Assembly: GCF_009914755.1 (NCBI RefSeq)
Contig: NC_060944.1
Origin: the human T2T-CHM13v2.0 reference genome, Homo sapiens
DNA length: 64,000 nt
Direction: 5' to 3' (one strand)
The notes beneath the pieces are model-generated. The model did not search any database and was not told the DNA's origin. It saw only the letters and a program-made list of their open reading frames with translations. A program made the position numbers and the translations under genes. Positions 14,504 through 29,831 of the stretch are shown here, piece after piece; position 1 is the first letter of the stretch, and the number at the start of each line of letters is the position of its first letter.

Positions 14504-15384
14504 TGAAAGATGAAACTTTTTAAAGCTTTCCTAAGTGTATTGAGAACAAAAAGAACAGCCAACACTCATCATTCAACATGCTCAGAGCAGTCATCTTTAA
14601 CCCAACCTTAAAATTCTTGGCTTCTCTCTTTTTCTCCTTGTCATTATAAAAAATGAAAATAAGATGGTTACACAGGGAAAGAAGTGGGCTGAACCTGACT
14701 AAGCTCAGGCTCCAATTCTAATAAAAACCCAGACGCCGGGACTAGAGTCTTCACAATGGAACCAAGTGTGTAACAACCACTGGGATCACCTACACGGGGC
14801 CAGCTGCGAGTCCAGGTGACACCCCAGCTAGGGAATGTATTCACACCCCCAACAGTTACACAACACTCAAATTAAGATGCAGCTTTTGGCCATTAGTGAC
14901 TATCAACTTACCTCTACAGCTGTGGCCAAATTTAAAAGATTATGGCTGCCCATTAAGAGATTATATAAATTCCATCATGCTTGAGCAGGTTGCTTGCTAA
15001 TCCCCAGGCTGTTCCCACTCACATCTTTCCACTTTGGCAGCTCTGGGACCAAGCAGCTCTATACTTGCCTATCTAAGCAGCTGCCCTCAAATCCTGGCCA
15101 CCAGAGCTTAAACCTGGCAAGAGACCCCTTGTCCAGGATTTCATCCTAGCAGATCCAAAAGAGACAGCTCGCTAATGTGAGAAGGGAGCCGGTCAGTCTC
15201 TGTGTGTTGGTTTCTGCCCTCTGGGGACAGGGCCTCCCTTACTTGCTGTCTAATCCTCTCCTGACCAGAATGGCAAGGCCTTCAGGAGACAGTCTGGGAC
15301 AAAGACGGCTGTTCTGCCAAATTCCCACCCCTCTCAGTTGGGCCCTCGTGGGCTCTTGACCCCTCTAGCCATCAGAATACTTAC

Positions 15385-15541
15385 ATGGGTATGGAACCTT
15401 AAACCACGGGGCTACCAGAAGCACGCCTTGCCTGGCATCTGTGCGAGCATAGAAGCCATACTTTGTGCTGTCGGGAGGGAAGACATCTGTCACCGTGAAG
15501 ATGAAGCAGAGCAGCCAGGATACCAGGATGGCCAGGATGAT
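15385..15541 (-). CDS. SLC23A2: SVCT2 coding exon (157 nt, IILAIL...KVPYP)
   Basis: ctccag|ATC acceptor, CAT|gtaagt donor; translated by hand. Confidence 0.96.
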
Positions 15542-16024
15542 CTGGAGTGGTCAAGGGGAAGCTCTGTCAGGCCAGCAGGGCTCACAGGTGTTGGCAAAAA
15601 ACACGTCTTCCCGCGGTCGGAATATCACACCCCAGAGCCCACCACAGTCAGTACTTTGCAGACCTTCCTTGAATGGACTCTCACTGAGAGAGCAGTTTCA
15701 TTCAGGTGAACTTATCTTACCCATTCCAAAGTCTGGCTGGTAAAACAAGAATGGACATCGTGCCTGCAGAGGCCACGTGGAGTCAAATCTTACTCAGTCC
15801 CAAGGACAGTGTCCCCTTCCTTCGGCACTGCTAAAAGGATGTGCTCCCATTTCAGAATCAGAATGTTTAAGTCTATGATGATCTGAGTGGTCATTAGTAG
15901 CCTGGTCTCACTGCACAGATATGATCCCCCAAGGAGGGCCTGCTTAAAACCCTCCCTTCACTTAATCATCTTACATATTAACCAAGGGCAAAAATGTCAG
16001 CAGGGGAAGAAGTCAGCTACTCAC

Positions 16025-16145
16025 AGGGAACATTTTGAACAGCTGTAACTTGTACGCAGTCCATCCTTTCTTGGATTTATAAATCGGGAGAGGAAATTTA
16101 ACATTTCTGGCGTATTGAGAAAACAGTAATACTAGGAATATTGTC
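16025..16145 (-). CDS. SLC23A2: SVCT2 coding exon (121 nt, TIFLVL...FKMFP)
   Basis: ctcag|G acceptor, CCT|gtgagt donor. Confidence 0.96.
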
Positions 16146-18467
16146 CTGAGGAGAGAAAGAAAACAAACTAGGTCAAAAGCTGTTATGTCTCTGTTATAAA
16201 ATAACACTCGAAGCTTCTATGGCAAAATTGACATAGTGTTCAATTCATTTACCTAGAAAGCTGCTAGTCCTCTGAACTACCATTTGAGAAATAGTATATC
16301 TATTGGAATGTACATCTTTTGGAAATACTACTGTGGGGGAAGATGTTACAACTAATTTGCCTAGCATTTCTTGATACTGAAATGAAATTCTGATGTAAAT
16401 GCCTTAGGACAGCTTTTCCTAAATAGAATAAGAAAACCCAAAGAATGTACACATTGATGGGAAACGCTTACTCTATGTAAAGGGAAAGGATGCCAGATAC
16501 AACATAAACTGTAAGATTATAACTATGAATTAACTACAAAGCAAACCAAGAAACTACTGCACGTACACACAAACAGGTAAGAAGGACATGATCCAAAATT
16601 CTCCCAGGGATTCGCTTTGAGTAGTTACATGATTTGCAACTGGTTTTCCCACTTTTCTGTATTTTCCAATCTACTTACAGCACGCATAAATTACTTTTAA
16701 AAGAGCAAAAAGTAAGCTTCACTGCTCAAGAAAAGTAGATACAGTAGAATTCAGTATTAATAACATTCCTGGGAGGCTTCTGTGTGCCAGACATTACACT
16801 AATGTCTTCCTGTGCAGCATCTCAACCTTACGGGGTGGCTTCTAAGATGGTCTCCTTTTCACAGAGACAAAGCCAGAGGTCCAAGATCACACGGCTAGGG
16901 TTGTAGCACTGGGGACCAGGAATCTAGCTCTATGGCTTGAACTGAACTCTTTCCTTTTGCCACCCTGGTCACAGGGCAAGGAGGCTGGGCTGCGTAAGTC
17001 CCTCTCCTTGAGCCTCACGGTCCTGACTGAACTGCACTAAGTGCTATGGGAGGCAGGTGCTGACCCCTCCACGGCAGGACCATGGCACTTCCTGACACAC
17101 CAGTCCATGACATCGGTCTGGTGTCCCACGGGGCTGGCAGGTGTGGGGCCACTTCCCATCCCCCAGGTGGATTTTTACTCATCACCGAAACAAAACTCGT
17201 GCCCAACAATGCGTCTAAGCCTCCACGCGGTCTCGCTCTTTCACTTACAACCTGAGGTAGAGCTGGCAGGAAGAGTAGGTTCTCAGTCAAAGCTAAGCTT
17301 AATTGTTCCTGGGCACAGTTCCAATTGTTGAGATGGAATCATTAGCCCCATCGACAGCCGGTCAAGTGTGACTCCACTGTCACATTCCTAATGAGGTGTG
17401 GATGGCAGCCCGGCTGGAGAACATGCGTGTGTTGCTCCACGGGTCTCCCTGCCTACTCAGGCGCTTCGGTGAACTGGTGATCCATCAGGGGTCTCTGCCA
17501 GTACCAGTTCAAGGTCGAAAACACACACAGTGCCCACGTTATTTCAATTCCTCTGGGATAGTGAAGTTTAACAAAAAACAATATGGTAACAAGGGATACT
17601 AAAACTGGAATATTTTAAACTTAGACCTACATGCAATTTTCATGTCTGGAAAAAATAAATGCTACTTATTTGTTTCAGAGTGAATATTAGGAGATCCAAA
17701 GATGCCCCAGGCCTGCTAGTTTTGTCATCATTATTTCAGGCAACACACCTGCACATTTAAGAGGGGACTGAGACCACACAGAATTTGAGGAGGGACACCC
17801 AGATCTTAGGCCCAAATCTGGCAACTCAAATTTAGAAAGCAGATTAGGTAGCAGATGAACATGACTGTTTCTTTCTGCTCTAAAACCTCTCTACTTCGAG
17901 TTTATTTTTATTCTCAAATACACCTGGGGGCAGGCACCCTGTGACAGAGAGGCAGCAGCTTAGAGGTGCAGACCCGCCCATGTCCACACATCTTAACTGA
18001 GCAAAGGGATGAAGCGTTCTAGCCCCAGCTCTCAGGATGGGCTGCTGTCTACTCCACTGGGTGCTTCCCACCTCATGTTTACCTTTGCTAACTTTTACTT
18101 TAAAATGTTACGCAAGTAATACATACTAAATTGTACAAAAAATTTAAAAGACAGATAAGCAGAAAGAAAAAGATAAAACCCTGAAGATCATCCATAATCC
18201 CCCTTGAGTGATAAAACCATGTAATATCGTGGTCTATCTGTTCTGAACAGTTTTCACTCCCTGGATATTTGCTGGGTGCTGGAGGAAGACAGATTGTCAT
18301 CTTCCTTGTCCCCAGACATGAACAGGTTATTATCTAAGCCAAACTGGAATCATGCTTTACGCAGCTTCCTGACCTGCCTCAGTATCTATTTGCTTTTCCG
18401 CCTCATCAGACAGAGATTTGCAGCAGCACCTTAGTGACTGCTTAGCATTCTGTTTTATGGACATACC

Positions 18468-18642
18468 AGGGGACGGGGGAGGGATAGCATTAGGAGATAT
18501 ACCTAATGTAAATGACGAGTTAATGGGTGCAGCACACCAACATGGCACATGTATACATATGTAACAAACCTGCATGTTGTGCACATGTACCCTAGAACTT
18601 AAAGTATAATAAAATATAAATAAATAAATAAATAAATAAAAA
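18468..18642 (+). mobile_element. Young primate L1PA 3' end, heavily 5'-truncated, with (TAAA)n tail
   Basis: gggagggatagcattaggagatatacctaatgtaaatgacgagttaatgggtgcagcacacc...cctagaacttaaagtataat. Confidence 0.93.
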
Positions 18643-19582
18643 TTCCCATACTGTATGACATCAGAAGCAACATAAACAGCTTTAATTGAAAAACTGTATC
18701 ATCATTGCTTCTAATACTCAGTCTTTTCACGTTGAGGTATATATTTCAGCATTTTTTTTGGTAGCAGCAAAAATTTAAGCTACATGCATGAGCATCAGCT
18801 GAGAAATGGCTGAATACATTATAGACTACATTACTAAACACTGTGCAGCTTTAGAAAGAAAGAGATCATCTAAACATGCTGTCTCAGAGAAGTAAACCCA
18901 ACAAATTATTGGGGTAAAAATGAATAAAATTATGTATATATACTAGTTTGTACTTATTTGCATAAAAATATAAAAATATGTAAGGATAAAAACAAAATTT
19001 TTTACTAGTTAACAATCATGAGATTTTTTTGAGAGATGGAGTAGGAGGGGACTATTATTTTGCTTTAGATTTCTGAGCTTAATTACTGTTAAATTTCAAA
19101 TACCTAGAATTTAACTGAATTGGAGGGAGCTGAAAAACAGTGGGATATAGATAAAAGTATACTGTTTTGGAGTGCCTGGTATTGACACATGGGGGTTCAT
19201 TAAACTATTCTCTTCACTTCTGAATAGGTTTGAAATTTTCCATAAGAAAAGTCAATAAAAAAATAAGTTTTAAAATGTAGGTCCTACCAAGGACGTATGC
19301 ACTGTGCCAGAAAGAGCAGTCACTGACCGGCCGCACTAACCTTCCCTGAGACTCCGTCTCTAAACTCCATCTCCATCAGAGTGACTTAGTTTGTACAACC
19401 TCATTCACTCTCAATTCCAACAGAATCATGTAGATAATACACATTTTAATAAATTGGGAGGATAAACCTTTTTCACACTTTAATGAGCTAGGTGTAGTCC
19501 CTTTTTTGCCAAATGGCTACTCCTATCACACCCTTCATCTATTACTCCACTGGGATTCTCTCACTTTTAAATTAACCAGTAG

Positions 19583-19930
<348 letters not shown>

Positions 19931-20530
19931 GATTTGTTTTTAATTCAGTGGTTTCTGACGTTTTAAATGTGTCAATAGTAAAATCTATCTTTCTCTTTCT
20001 CTTTTCAATATCTGCTTTAAGAAAGATCTCCCCTCCCTTAGGATTAAAAACTTATTTAGGTTTTCTTCTAGCACTTTTATGGTTATTTTGTATATTTAAG
20101 TCTTTAATTCAACTGAAATACAATTTGATATAAATTAGGAGTCTAACTTTTTCCCAAAAATAATTAGTTTTTCCTACATAATTTGTCCATTCCCCACTGG
20201 TTTCAAATATGACTGCCATCTATACTAAATATTTATTTTTCTTTGATTCTGTTTCTGTTCTTCTTACTCTGCTCTGCCAATGTCTACCCCTGTCCCAGGA
20301 CCACAGTATTATTTATGAAGTTGTGGAATGTATTTAATTCCTCTACAGGCAAGTCACCATCCCCTCTCCTCTCTGATCTTTTTGGTATGGGTCCACATTA
20401 TTTTACTTTCTTGTTTTATAAATTGACTAGCACATCTAGAATAACTTTAAATGATACCCGTGATAATAAACAAGCTTATTTAAGTTCCTGACTTCAAAAG
20501 GCAGGACTGATTTGAGTCTTTCATCATTCA

Positions 20531-20887
<357 letters not shown>

Positions 20888-21003
20888 CTATTCTCACATT
20901 GCTAAGTTTGCAACAAGGATGTAGGTTGAATTTTAAAAATAAAATTCAGGGGAAGGGACTATTACCATAGTTTTATCAATAAGACCTTATTAATAAAATC
21001 TAC

Positions 21004-21153
21004 CCTGTAGTCCCAGGTACTCTTGGGAGGCTGACGAATGAGAATCGCCTGAACTCAGGAGTCAGAGGCCACAGTGAGCTGAGATTGTGCCACTGCACTC
21101 CAGCCTGGGTGATGGAGCGGGATCCTGTCTCAAAATTTAACAAATAAAAAAAA
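21004..21153 (+). mobile_element. Alu right monomer or 5'-truncated Alu
   Basis: cctgtagtccc...ccagcctggg plus A tail; TSD-like aaaa(t/c)ctacc. Confidence 0.85.
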
Positions 21154-23434
21154 ACCTACCATGGAGCCATGATCGATTTCAACACATTTTCTAATATTTG
21201 ATCATCTGTGAATTCTTGAAATGACGCATTATGCCTTGTTCTTTCATTGTGTTATCTGTAGCAGCATCTTCCCAAACAACATTCTAAGGAATAGTCTGTC
21301 AAGATATGCTTATAGATGTGTGACATTTAAAAAACAAATTAAGGGTGGACAGGGCTGGATACTAAGGCCCTTTTCTGAAGGTGAATAGAGTCTTTTGCGC
21401 ATTTGCATTTTGAAAGATTGGAAGGAGTCTTACAGTAGAGAATGATGCTGAACTTTAGCACGCTACCTGAAGACATTTGAACTCAGGGCTCGTTGCTTAG
21501 AATGTGCCGCAATACATCCATCAGCTCAGGATTTGTTTGTTTTTTAACACAACCCCAGGAAAGAAAACAATGGTCCATGGTTCTCCTTTTGTATTAGTTC
21601 AGTCAGAATTTGCCGCTAAGATTGGCTGGGGAGTTTCCCTCCTTTCACAGAGCTCTGGAACAGTTTGCAAGTTAGTGCATATAGTCTCTGTTCCTTGAAG
21701 ACTGAATGCACTCATTGTCTAACCATCTGGGCCCAGGGCTTCTTTTAGGAATCAGAGTCCTTCAGCAACTATCTCGGCTGCTCTTGTGGTCATGGGTTTA
21801 CCGGGCTTCCTGAGCCTTCCTTTATTAGTTCACAACCTGCTCACTGAGCACCAGCTCAGCCACGGGAGGGGCAGGTGCTGGGGGTGCAGAGGTGACCCAC
21901 CCAGAGCGTAGGCCCTGCTCTCACAGAGCTGACAGCCCAAGGATACAGAAGAGCTCTTGGAAACTGAAAAAACACCAGAGCATAAATGACAATCTTGGCA
22001 GAAGGAATAAGAGATAAAGCAAAGGAGAATTCTCACGAATAGAGAAAAAAGACAAAGAGATAGAAAACAGGAGAGGAAACAGGAAGAGTCCAGGAGGCTT
22101 CAGGAAGAGGTTCCAGAAAGAGACAAGTAAGGGTGGAGTGGAGGAAGGCATCTAGATAATTCAAGATCATGTCCCACCTCTGCATGCCTGGGTGCTCAGA
22201 GCAAAGGGGCTCCAGGTATCCAGGCCAAGAGACGCAAGCAGACCCACCGAGGGCAGCACGTGAGGCTCCAGACATTGGAACAGTAAGAAAACCCCAAAGC
22301 TTCCAGAATTCTAGCTTGTGTCTAACTGATGTTTCAAAAGGAGGGGAGAGAGGAGGACCCCTGGGAGACATGAGGGAGAAGCTGGGGACAGTGAGGAATC
22401 AATGGCCAAGGGCGAGCAAGGCTCGCAGAGGGTGGCGGCAGTGAAGGCCTGCAAAAGAGAACGGGTTCAGAATTTGTTCCGGAGGAGGAAGGGCAGGATG
22501 GGCTGTGTGGGGGATGAGGCGAAAGGAAGACTGAAGAACAGATAGACATTTCTGGCTGAAGCAACTAGGGGCACGGTTGTGCCATTCACCGAAAGGAGGA
22601 AAGCAGAAGAAACTGGTTTCAGGGGCAGGAAAGGAATCAAAAGTCTGGGGCTTTTTCATTTACAGATGGAGATGTCTTGTGTAACAGTAAGTGGAGGGGC
22701 AAAATAGGGGCTGGATCTGTAAGTATCGAGTTTACAGGTCTGAACTACAGGTTTCCATGGAACTATCCACCATCAAAGAAATGCGATTTCCTTGGGGGAA
22801 GTGCATGGAGAGAAGGGGGCCAGGATCAAGTGTGGAGGCACCCCCATACTTAGAGATAAGAGTGAGGAGGAGTCAATTTTGGTTACTTAAGTTTTCTGAA
22901 AACCACTATTTTCTTACTTTTTGTTTTAATTTGGGGGGAGGTAACAGTTTTGCTCCCTCTGACGGGATCTGTGGCAGATCTATGTGCACAGGCTTCCTCT
23001 TATCCTGCTTAGCTTTGCCAGAAGTTTGTCTACATTGGGTTTTGTTTCCCCCTCAAGAGATCAGCTTTTAGATTTACCACTTCTATTTGTGTCACATTTT
23101 CTGTATCTTTATTAATTCGTTCCCCCTGCTTTTACTAGGTTCATTTTTTTGTCCTGTTTTCTTAGTTACTGAAATTCTTCATGTGCTGTATCTGCTTTAA
23201 AGGTTGTGAATTTTCTTGAGAACACCTCTGGCTACTAAGTGTGACTGGTGCTGTTCTTGCCATCATTTCCTAAACTATCAGTAATTAATTGCAAAGTTTC
23301 AATTTCCTCTCTGAGAGTGATTTTTAACACTTTTTTTTTTAAGCTTGTAAGTGCTTTGTGGGTTTTGTTCATCCTTTTGTTACTGGTTTCAAATTTTACT
23401 GTACTATACCTACAATTTATCCATTTTGGCATTA

Positions 23435-23942
<508 letters not shown>

Positions 23943-25090
23943 TTAATTTGTAAAGTGTAGATAACAATTCTGCTATGGTTCCCTTTTATTTGTACGTCAT
24001 GTTCTAATACACAGAACAGGATTGAGTATGATGGGTTCGGGCCCATGTCCACCACCTGGGTTTTGAAACCCACGGTGGCCACTTAATTCACTGTATGACT
24101 CTGGGCAAATCACATTACGTCGTGGTGCTCAGTGTCCTCTGCTGTTAAATGGGATAACACTAGGATGTGCCTTATCTGATACTATATACAAGTGTTATAT
24201 AAAGGACTGATGCATAGTAAAAGATCAATAAATACCACCTGTTATTAAATAACTGCAGACTATTTCACAAAACAGAGCAAATGAAAAATTCTCTTATGTG
24301 ATGACTTATTTTGTTTTAGGAGTTGTACTGGCTGGTTAAATTCCAGAGTAATGGAACCATATACCTACACATAATCAACTCTTAAACATGCTCTGCAGAC
24401 ACATAGAGAATGTGGGCTCTGTGTTACAAAGAGTTCTGTGACTCTAATCATCAGTAATATTATCAAACTCCCCTGTGACTTCATTAACACAAAATGTTAA
24501 CTTTACTTAAAGGGCAAGGGACATCTTTAATGGATGTGACATTCTGTACAAAAGGACAGGCACTGACTAGCAGGACCCTGGCAGAAACTATGTCCCTCCC
24601 CCAACCACCCACCCGTCAGGAGTGCAGAGCTCAGTGTGGCCTGGGGAGAAGAGTCACATCATCAATGGCAACAGACCTTTCCCACGACTTCTCTGGAAAT
24701 ACTCCAGATTCCTGCCACTCTGGAATATTTTTGAGTCTCATGATATAAAAATTTGGCTTCTCAGTATGTCAACTCATGAACATGAGACTTGGCAAGACCT
24801 CAAAAGTCAAAAACAAATGGCGCCACTACCTTACCCCACTACCAAAGCTTAAAAACTTACAATCCACCCTCTTCATATTGCTGCTAAGTCTGTCTTTGTA
24901 ATACGTCAACTATATGTCACTTCCCAAACTCTGGGTCAAAAACCCTTCAACTATTCCCCAGCACGAAGCAAATAAAGTTGAAACTGTCAGACCATTCTTA
25001 TTATTGAAAAACATTATCTCCTGAAGTCTGTGTGAATGTTCCTAAAGGCTGCCCCGCAGTGGTGGGATGAGGGGAGATGTTTCCACTTAC

Positions 25091-25272
25091 AGCATGGCAA
25101 TGCCCCAGTGCTTCCCGGCTCTCTCCCCCGCTGCCTGGAAACCAGAGAGGCCAATTAGGGCCACCGTGGGTGTAATGGTCAAGGGACCGATGTACTTCAG
25201 TAGAGCCCCAGGCAGGCCGAGGAGGCCGATGACTACTTCTATCAGTGAGGACATGATGATGGCCCCCTGGAT
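25091..25272 (-). CDS. SLC23A2: SVCT2 coding exon (182 nt, IQGAII...WGIAML)
   Basis: ttgcag|ATC acceptor, GCT|gtaagt donor. Confidence 0.96.
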
Positions 25273-26201
25273 CTGCAACAAGAGATGGCACAGACATGAG
25301 AGTGAGCTGCTTGTACACTGCACACTCAGAATGTCACCTACAACCACAACTGATAATTCTGCAAGGCAATAAGTTATTACATCATCTAACTTGGGAGAGA
25401 TAGCTAGAAAATTCCCCAGGACCCGACAAGAAACTTCAGGGGGCACTAACTGGGGCCTGCATTCATGATGCAGGTGTATTACAGAAATAGGTCCTGGACA
25501 CACGGCCCACATGCCTTTTCCACTGTTAAACGATGCAGGCAAAAATTTATAATTCCCTTTTAAGAAACACAACATTTAAAGACCAGCCTTAGAGGAACAC
25601 TGCAGCATAAAGACTCTCAGCTTTAAAGAGTGAGCCCCCCAGGACATCGACAAGACAATGTTGTTGACAGAAATTCTAAAGGGATGTTTTTAGTGTGCAG
25701 AATGGCCACATCTGTGCTCATTCTGAACTGATGGTGAATTATCTCACACGTTTTGGAAAATATTAATACACTGTCAGCCGTACTTCATGTCTGCTTCTGT
25801 TCAATTGCACTTTGGCAGACAAATATCTTTAGTTCTTTCAATGAACACAGGCAAACACTGAGGCCAGAGCGAACAATTCTGCTATCTGTCGATGATGAGC
25901 CTCTGTAGCTCCATCCAGTGAGCCACGAACCTCAGCTAGCTGTGCTGGCGGGTGTGAGTGGACAGGTCTGTGGGTGTGCAGGAGGGAGGAAACCATTCCT
26001 TAAGGTTGCCCAGAGCATTTCCATATGCTTTATTTTAGAGTATTGCTTAACTACATTTACTTAAACAAGAGAAATAAACTATCAGTAATTGAAAAAGAAA
26101 AGAAGGGCTCAGTAAAAGTAACTGCTATTTCTTGGGTCAACCAACATTGAAGCTGAGAAGAAACATGAAGAAGCCAAAAGCAGACAACGCTTGTCTTTTA
26201 C

Positions 26202-26272
26202 CTCTCGGATCCGGGGATACCAGATGTGTTCTGTGTGCAACAGCTCTGCTGTTCCATTGGCAACTGAAACAT
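26202..26272 (-). CDS. SLC23A2: SVCT2 coding exon (71 nt, DVSVAN...PRIRE)
   Basis: ttcaag|AT acceptor, GAG|gtaaaa donor. Confidence 0.95.
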
Positions 26273-27269
26273 CTTGAAAACAAAAACAAAGTTTTTCTTG
26301 GAGTGACACTGATGTCTCACATGACATATTCATTTTACCTTTTAAGAAGAATTTTCTCCCTGTTTTTATTACATCTGTTTCAATCCCCATCCCTAAAATT
26401 CAACCTCCAACAGTATAGCTTATCTCACTGAAAGGTGGATCCTCAAATGCTAATTTAACCAAATGAATTCATCGACTAAGAGCTCCCCAAATTGTCAAAA
26501 GCTAACTGAAGTGGTGATACACGTTACTAGCACCAGCCTCACACAAAAAAACCAACCTTTGCACACAGCTCATTGAAATGCCCGACAGCAAGGTTGCTGG
26601 ACTGAGGTTTGAAAAACTTAGATAAAACAGAGGGCCTTTTCCAGTTCCCAGATCAAATCAGTGGTCACAAAGTAACTCCTAGGAGCAAGGAAGGAAATGA
26701 AGGCTGGAAAACTTTGCTCCTAGAAGGTCAAAATGTAATTGTATTTTTGAGAGTACAGGTCTGACTCTAATTTTCTTAAATTCCCTATCTTTTCCTGACC
26801 TTATCGGGTTCCTTAAGGATCTTTGCAATCACTAAAGAAGGGGAATGAAAGTCATTTGCAGCAAACCACAGTAGCCAGATCCTTAAAAAGCAAAGATGTT
26901 TCAGAGAAGGGATGCTGACGCAGCAAAGAGAGTGATTACTGGTGGGTCATAAAATCCACTGAAAGAGAGAGGCAGAAAAATAGCACAAATATTTTTCTAT
27001 TCCGTTCCCATATTTGTCAATTTCATTAACATAGAGAAATGAGGTCAATTCTGATCCTTTCTTGCTCTAGGGTTAGGGATGAACAAGTGGACAGAAAGAG
27101 AGAGACAGACACGATCCACAGATGGAGCATTCTAAGCTGTTTGTGGGTTTGTGTGCTTTGTCCCTAATTCTTGAAAGGATTTAGCGCTGCTGAGGGCAGC
27201 ACGTCCAGGCCTCCCTTTACACCTGCATTAAAGGACCCCAATGACATATGTGGAAATAACTGCAATTAC

Positions 27270-27358
27270 CTGTGGTGTTACATTTCCATTTATCTAAAGA
27301 CAGGATGGCTCGAGCAGGGGCCAAAAATGCAAAAGCACTGGCCTGAAACAGGGGTAAC
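27270..27358 (-). CDS. SLC23A2: SVCT2 coding exon (89 nt, LPLFQA...KCNTT)
   Basis: ttttag|G acceptor, CAG|gtaatt donor; within ORF 27217..27561. Confidence 0.96.
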
Positions 27359-29621
27359 CTAAAAGAAACGAGACCAAAACCATGATCACGGCATCGGGAA
27401 CTACCGAGGTAGTTCACTATTTGACAGCTTAACAGTCTTTTCCATAGACATACAGCACATGAGTAAATGCAGGCACACCTAGAAGAAAAAGCCCCAGTTT
27501 GCAAAGGTTTCCTGTGCCATGCAGCCACAGCCAGTGGCTTCTTCATCCTCCCCATTGCCACTCTCCTCCCACCCAGGCAGCTCCAGGGTGGGCCCCGTGG
27601 TCAGTGCCAACACCCCAACACCGGCCCCTGCCATCACCACCTTTCCTCTTGCAGGCGGGAGACTGCGGGCATTTGAGGTTCCCTCTTTCCTGCTGAGCTT
27701 ATAAACTCCTTTTTAAACATCAGTGTATTTCTGCTTTTTTACCTCCCTCCTCCTCCCTTTAAAATTCTTATTGGTTATCACAGGAACAAATTTCCCTCCG
27801 TTGTTTCATTTTGTAAATCAAAAACTGCCCTAATCACCGATTACAGATAAATCATAATAGTGATCTAGATCTACAGAGCTGTAAGTTACAACGTGACAGC
27901 AGATAAAATAAATATTCTGCTTAATCATAAAAATACTTAAAGGCATTCTAATATATTTTAAAGGGCCCAGAAAACTTGCAGAATCTCCATTAAATTTGCT
28001 GCCCACATCCTCAAACTAAATGCAGAGATCCTCAAATGACATGATTTGATTATATTTTAGATACTTCATATTGACTTCATGAACACTTTAGCTATTCAAA
28101 AAGACTACCATTTTTTAATGGAAATGTACAGCATTTCAGCTAAGTCACATTAAAGTGACTTTATGGGTTAGCATGAGAACTTAATCACTATTTTTAATAT
28201 AATTTTGAGGGTAAAATATTAAACTGACTCCTCCTGTTTGCAGGGCTGGGAACTCTCACACATCCAAATCCTGAAATGCCCCAGAGAGCCTAGTCAGTGG
28301 CCTGGCCAGCGAGACAGGGACCCAGCATCCTTCCCTTTGAGCTGTCTGGCAGCAAGTCCTACCCACAGTGAAACAGGAACTGGACTGAGAAATCAAACTG
28401 GCTCTAGCTAAAGGACAAGCAGTCTCGTTGCAAGTCCAGAGCCCAGCACACACCATTCTGAGCCAGTGAGGTCAAGACTTCCTTGTTACAGATGCTCTCC
28501 TGGCTGTTTAATCATGCAATGACATCAATCCAGAGTAGGAAGGGTGCTGGCTTTAAGGCACAGACGCAGGCTACACCATACAAACCAGATGCATTGCTGT
28601 TGACCACTCCCACAGGCATGCCCTTCAACAACCATCCAGTTATAATTACCTGCCAGAGGGGCCCAGAGGATAGCGGAAGTGAAGGACACCTGAAGTGGGA
28701 ATGTACGTCAAAGGGAAAACACTGTTTGACTTCTAGGTATTCCATAAGCACAAATTTTCAGGACTGTACTGAAAGGACAGCGTGTAATTAGGGACGGATG
28801 CTGTATGGAATGGTCCAAATGCCATCTGGTTTACCATGGTTTCAGACTTCAACCAGTGCATCCTAGGGCAGTGGAATACAAATGGTGAATTGCGTTTAGA
28901 GATTTTATCCTTAGGAATGTGGCCATCACACATCACACTGTGTTGGTGATCCACTGGAAATGGCAAAAGGAAAGACTGGATCTGGCTTCCACTCTTCAGT
29001 CAGACCTCAGCCTGAACCTGACCTTGGCATCCGACCTGGGCACCTTTCAGGGTGAGCATTTGGTGGCTTAACTAGGACTAAAGGTCCCGAGAGTGCTGCT
29101 GTAAAGATACTCGCTCATTTGCAAGCTGCTGGGACCCTGAGTTCCCCTGAAATAGATGACGATAGAAAAAGTCTCCCGAGATGATCTGGAAAGGGCTGCT
29201 CATGCCAGCATTATGTGTTCACGTCTAGCCAGGCAACACCGCCTGACACAAGCTGTTAAGACGCCAGCACTAAGTGTGGGCTCTGTCACTGGCTTGACTG
29301 AAACGTTCTTAGGGAAAGTTGCAACAAGAGCATATGCACACGTTAAACGAGAGCTTCCCTAGATCACAATTAACAAAGCCAATTTTCCAAGAAAACGGCT
29401 GAAGGTGATGAGAGTGGCTTTTTTAGGTGCTTGCCCAGTGTGAAGACGGTCAATTCTCAGCTCTTCTCTCTGCACCCAAGGCACGGCCCCTGTCGTACTC
29501 ATGTGACCAGGTAAACCTCAGGCACCCAGGTGGGTCTCCCTAGGCCGAGAAGACTGCCTGCTCTTTTATTTTGTACTAAAGACTGGAAAGGAAATACATT
29601 AAACTGTGCTTTTCTTTACAC

Positions 29622-29831
29622 CAGGGGCGGCCAAACCAGCCAGTGGGCCAAACCTGGGGTGCTACCTGTTCTGTAAGTAAAGTTGTACTGGAACAAAGGA
29701 CAGCCATTTATTTACTCACGGTCTAAGGCTGCTTTCACGCTATCACGGTGGAGCTCAGCAGCATTAACAGAGACACGCAAAGCCTAGGCTATTTACTGTT
29801 GGCCTTTTACAAAAGAAGTTTTTCTGACCTG
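29622..29831. mobile_element. MER58A-like hAT-Charlie MITE
   Basis: cagggg...aaac and gacctg termini; taaagttgtactggaac and tatttactg motifs. Confidence 0.75.
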
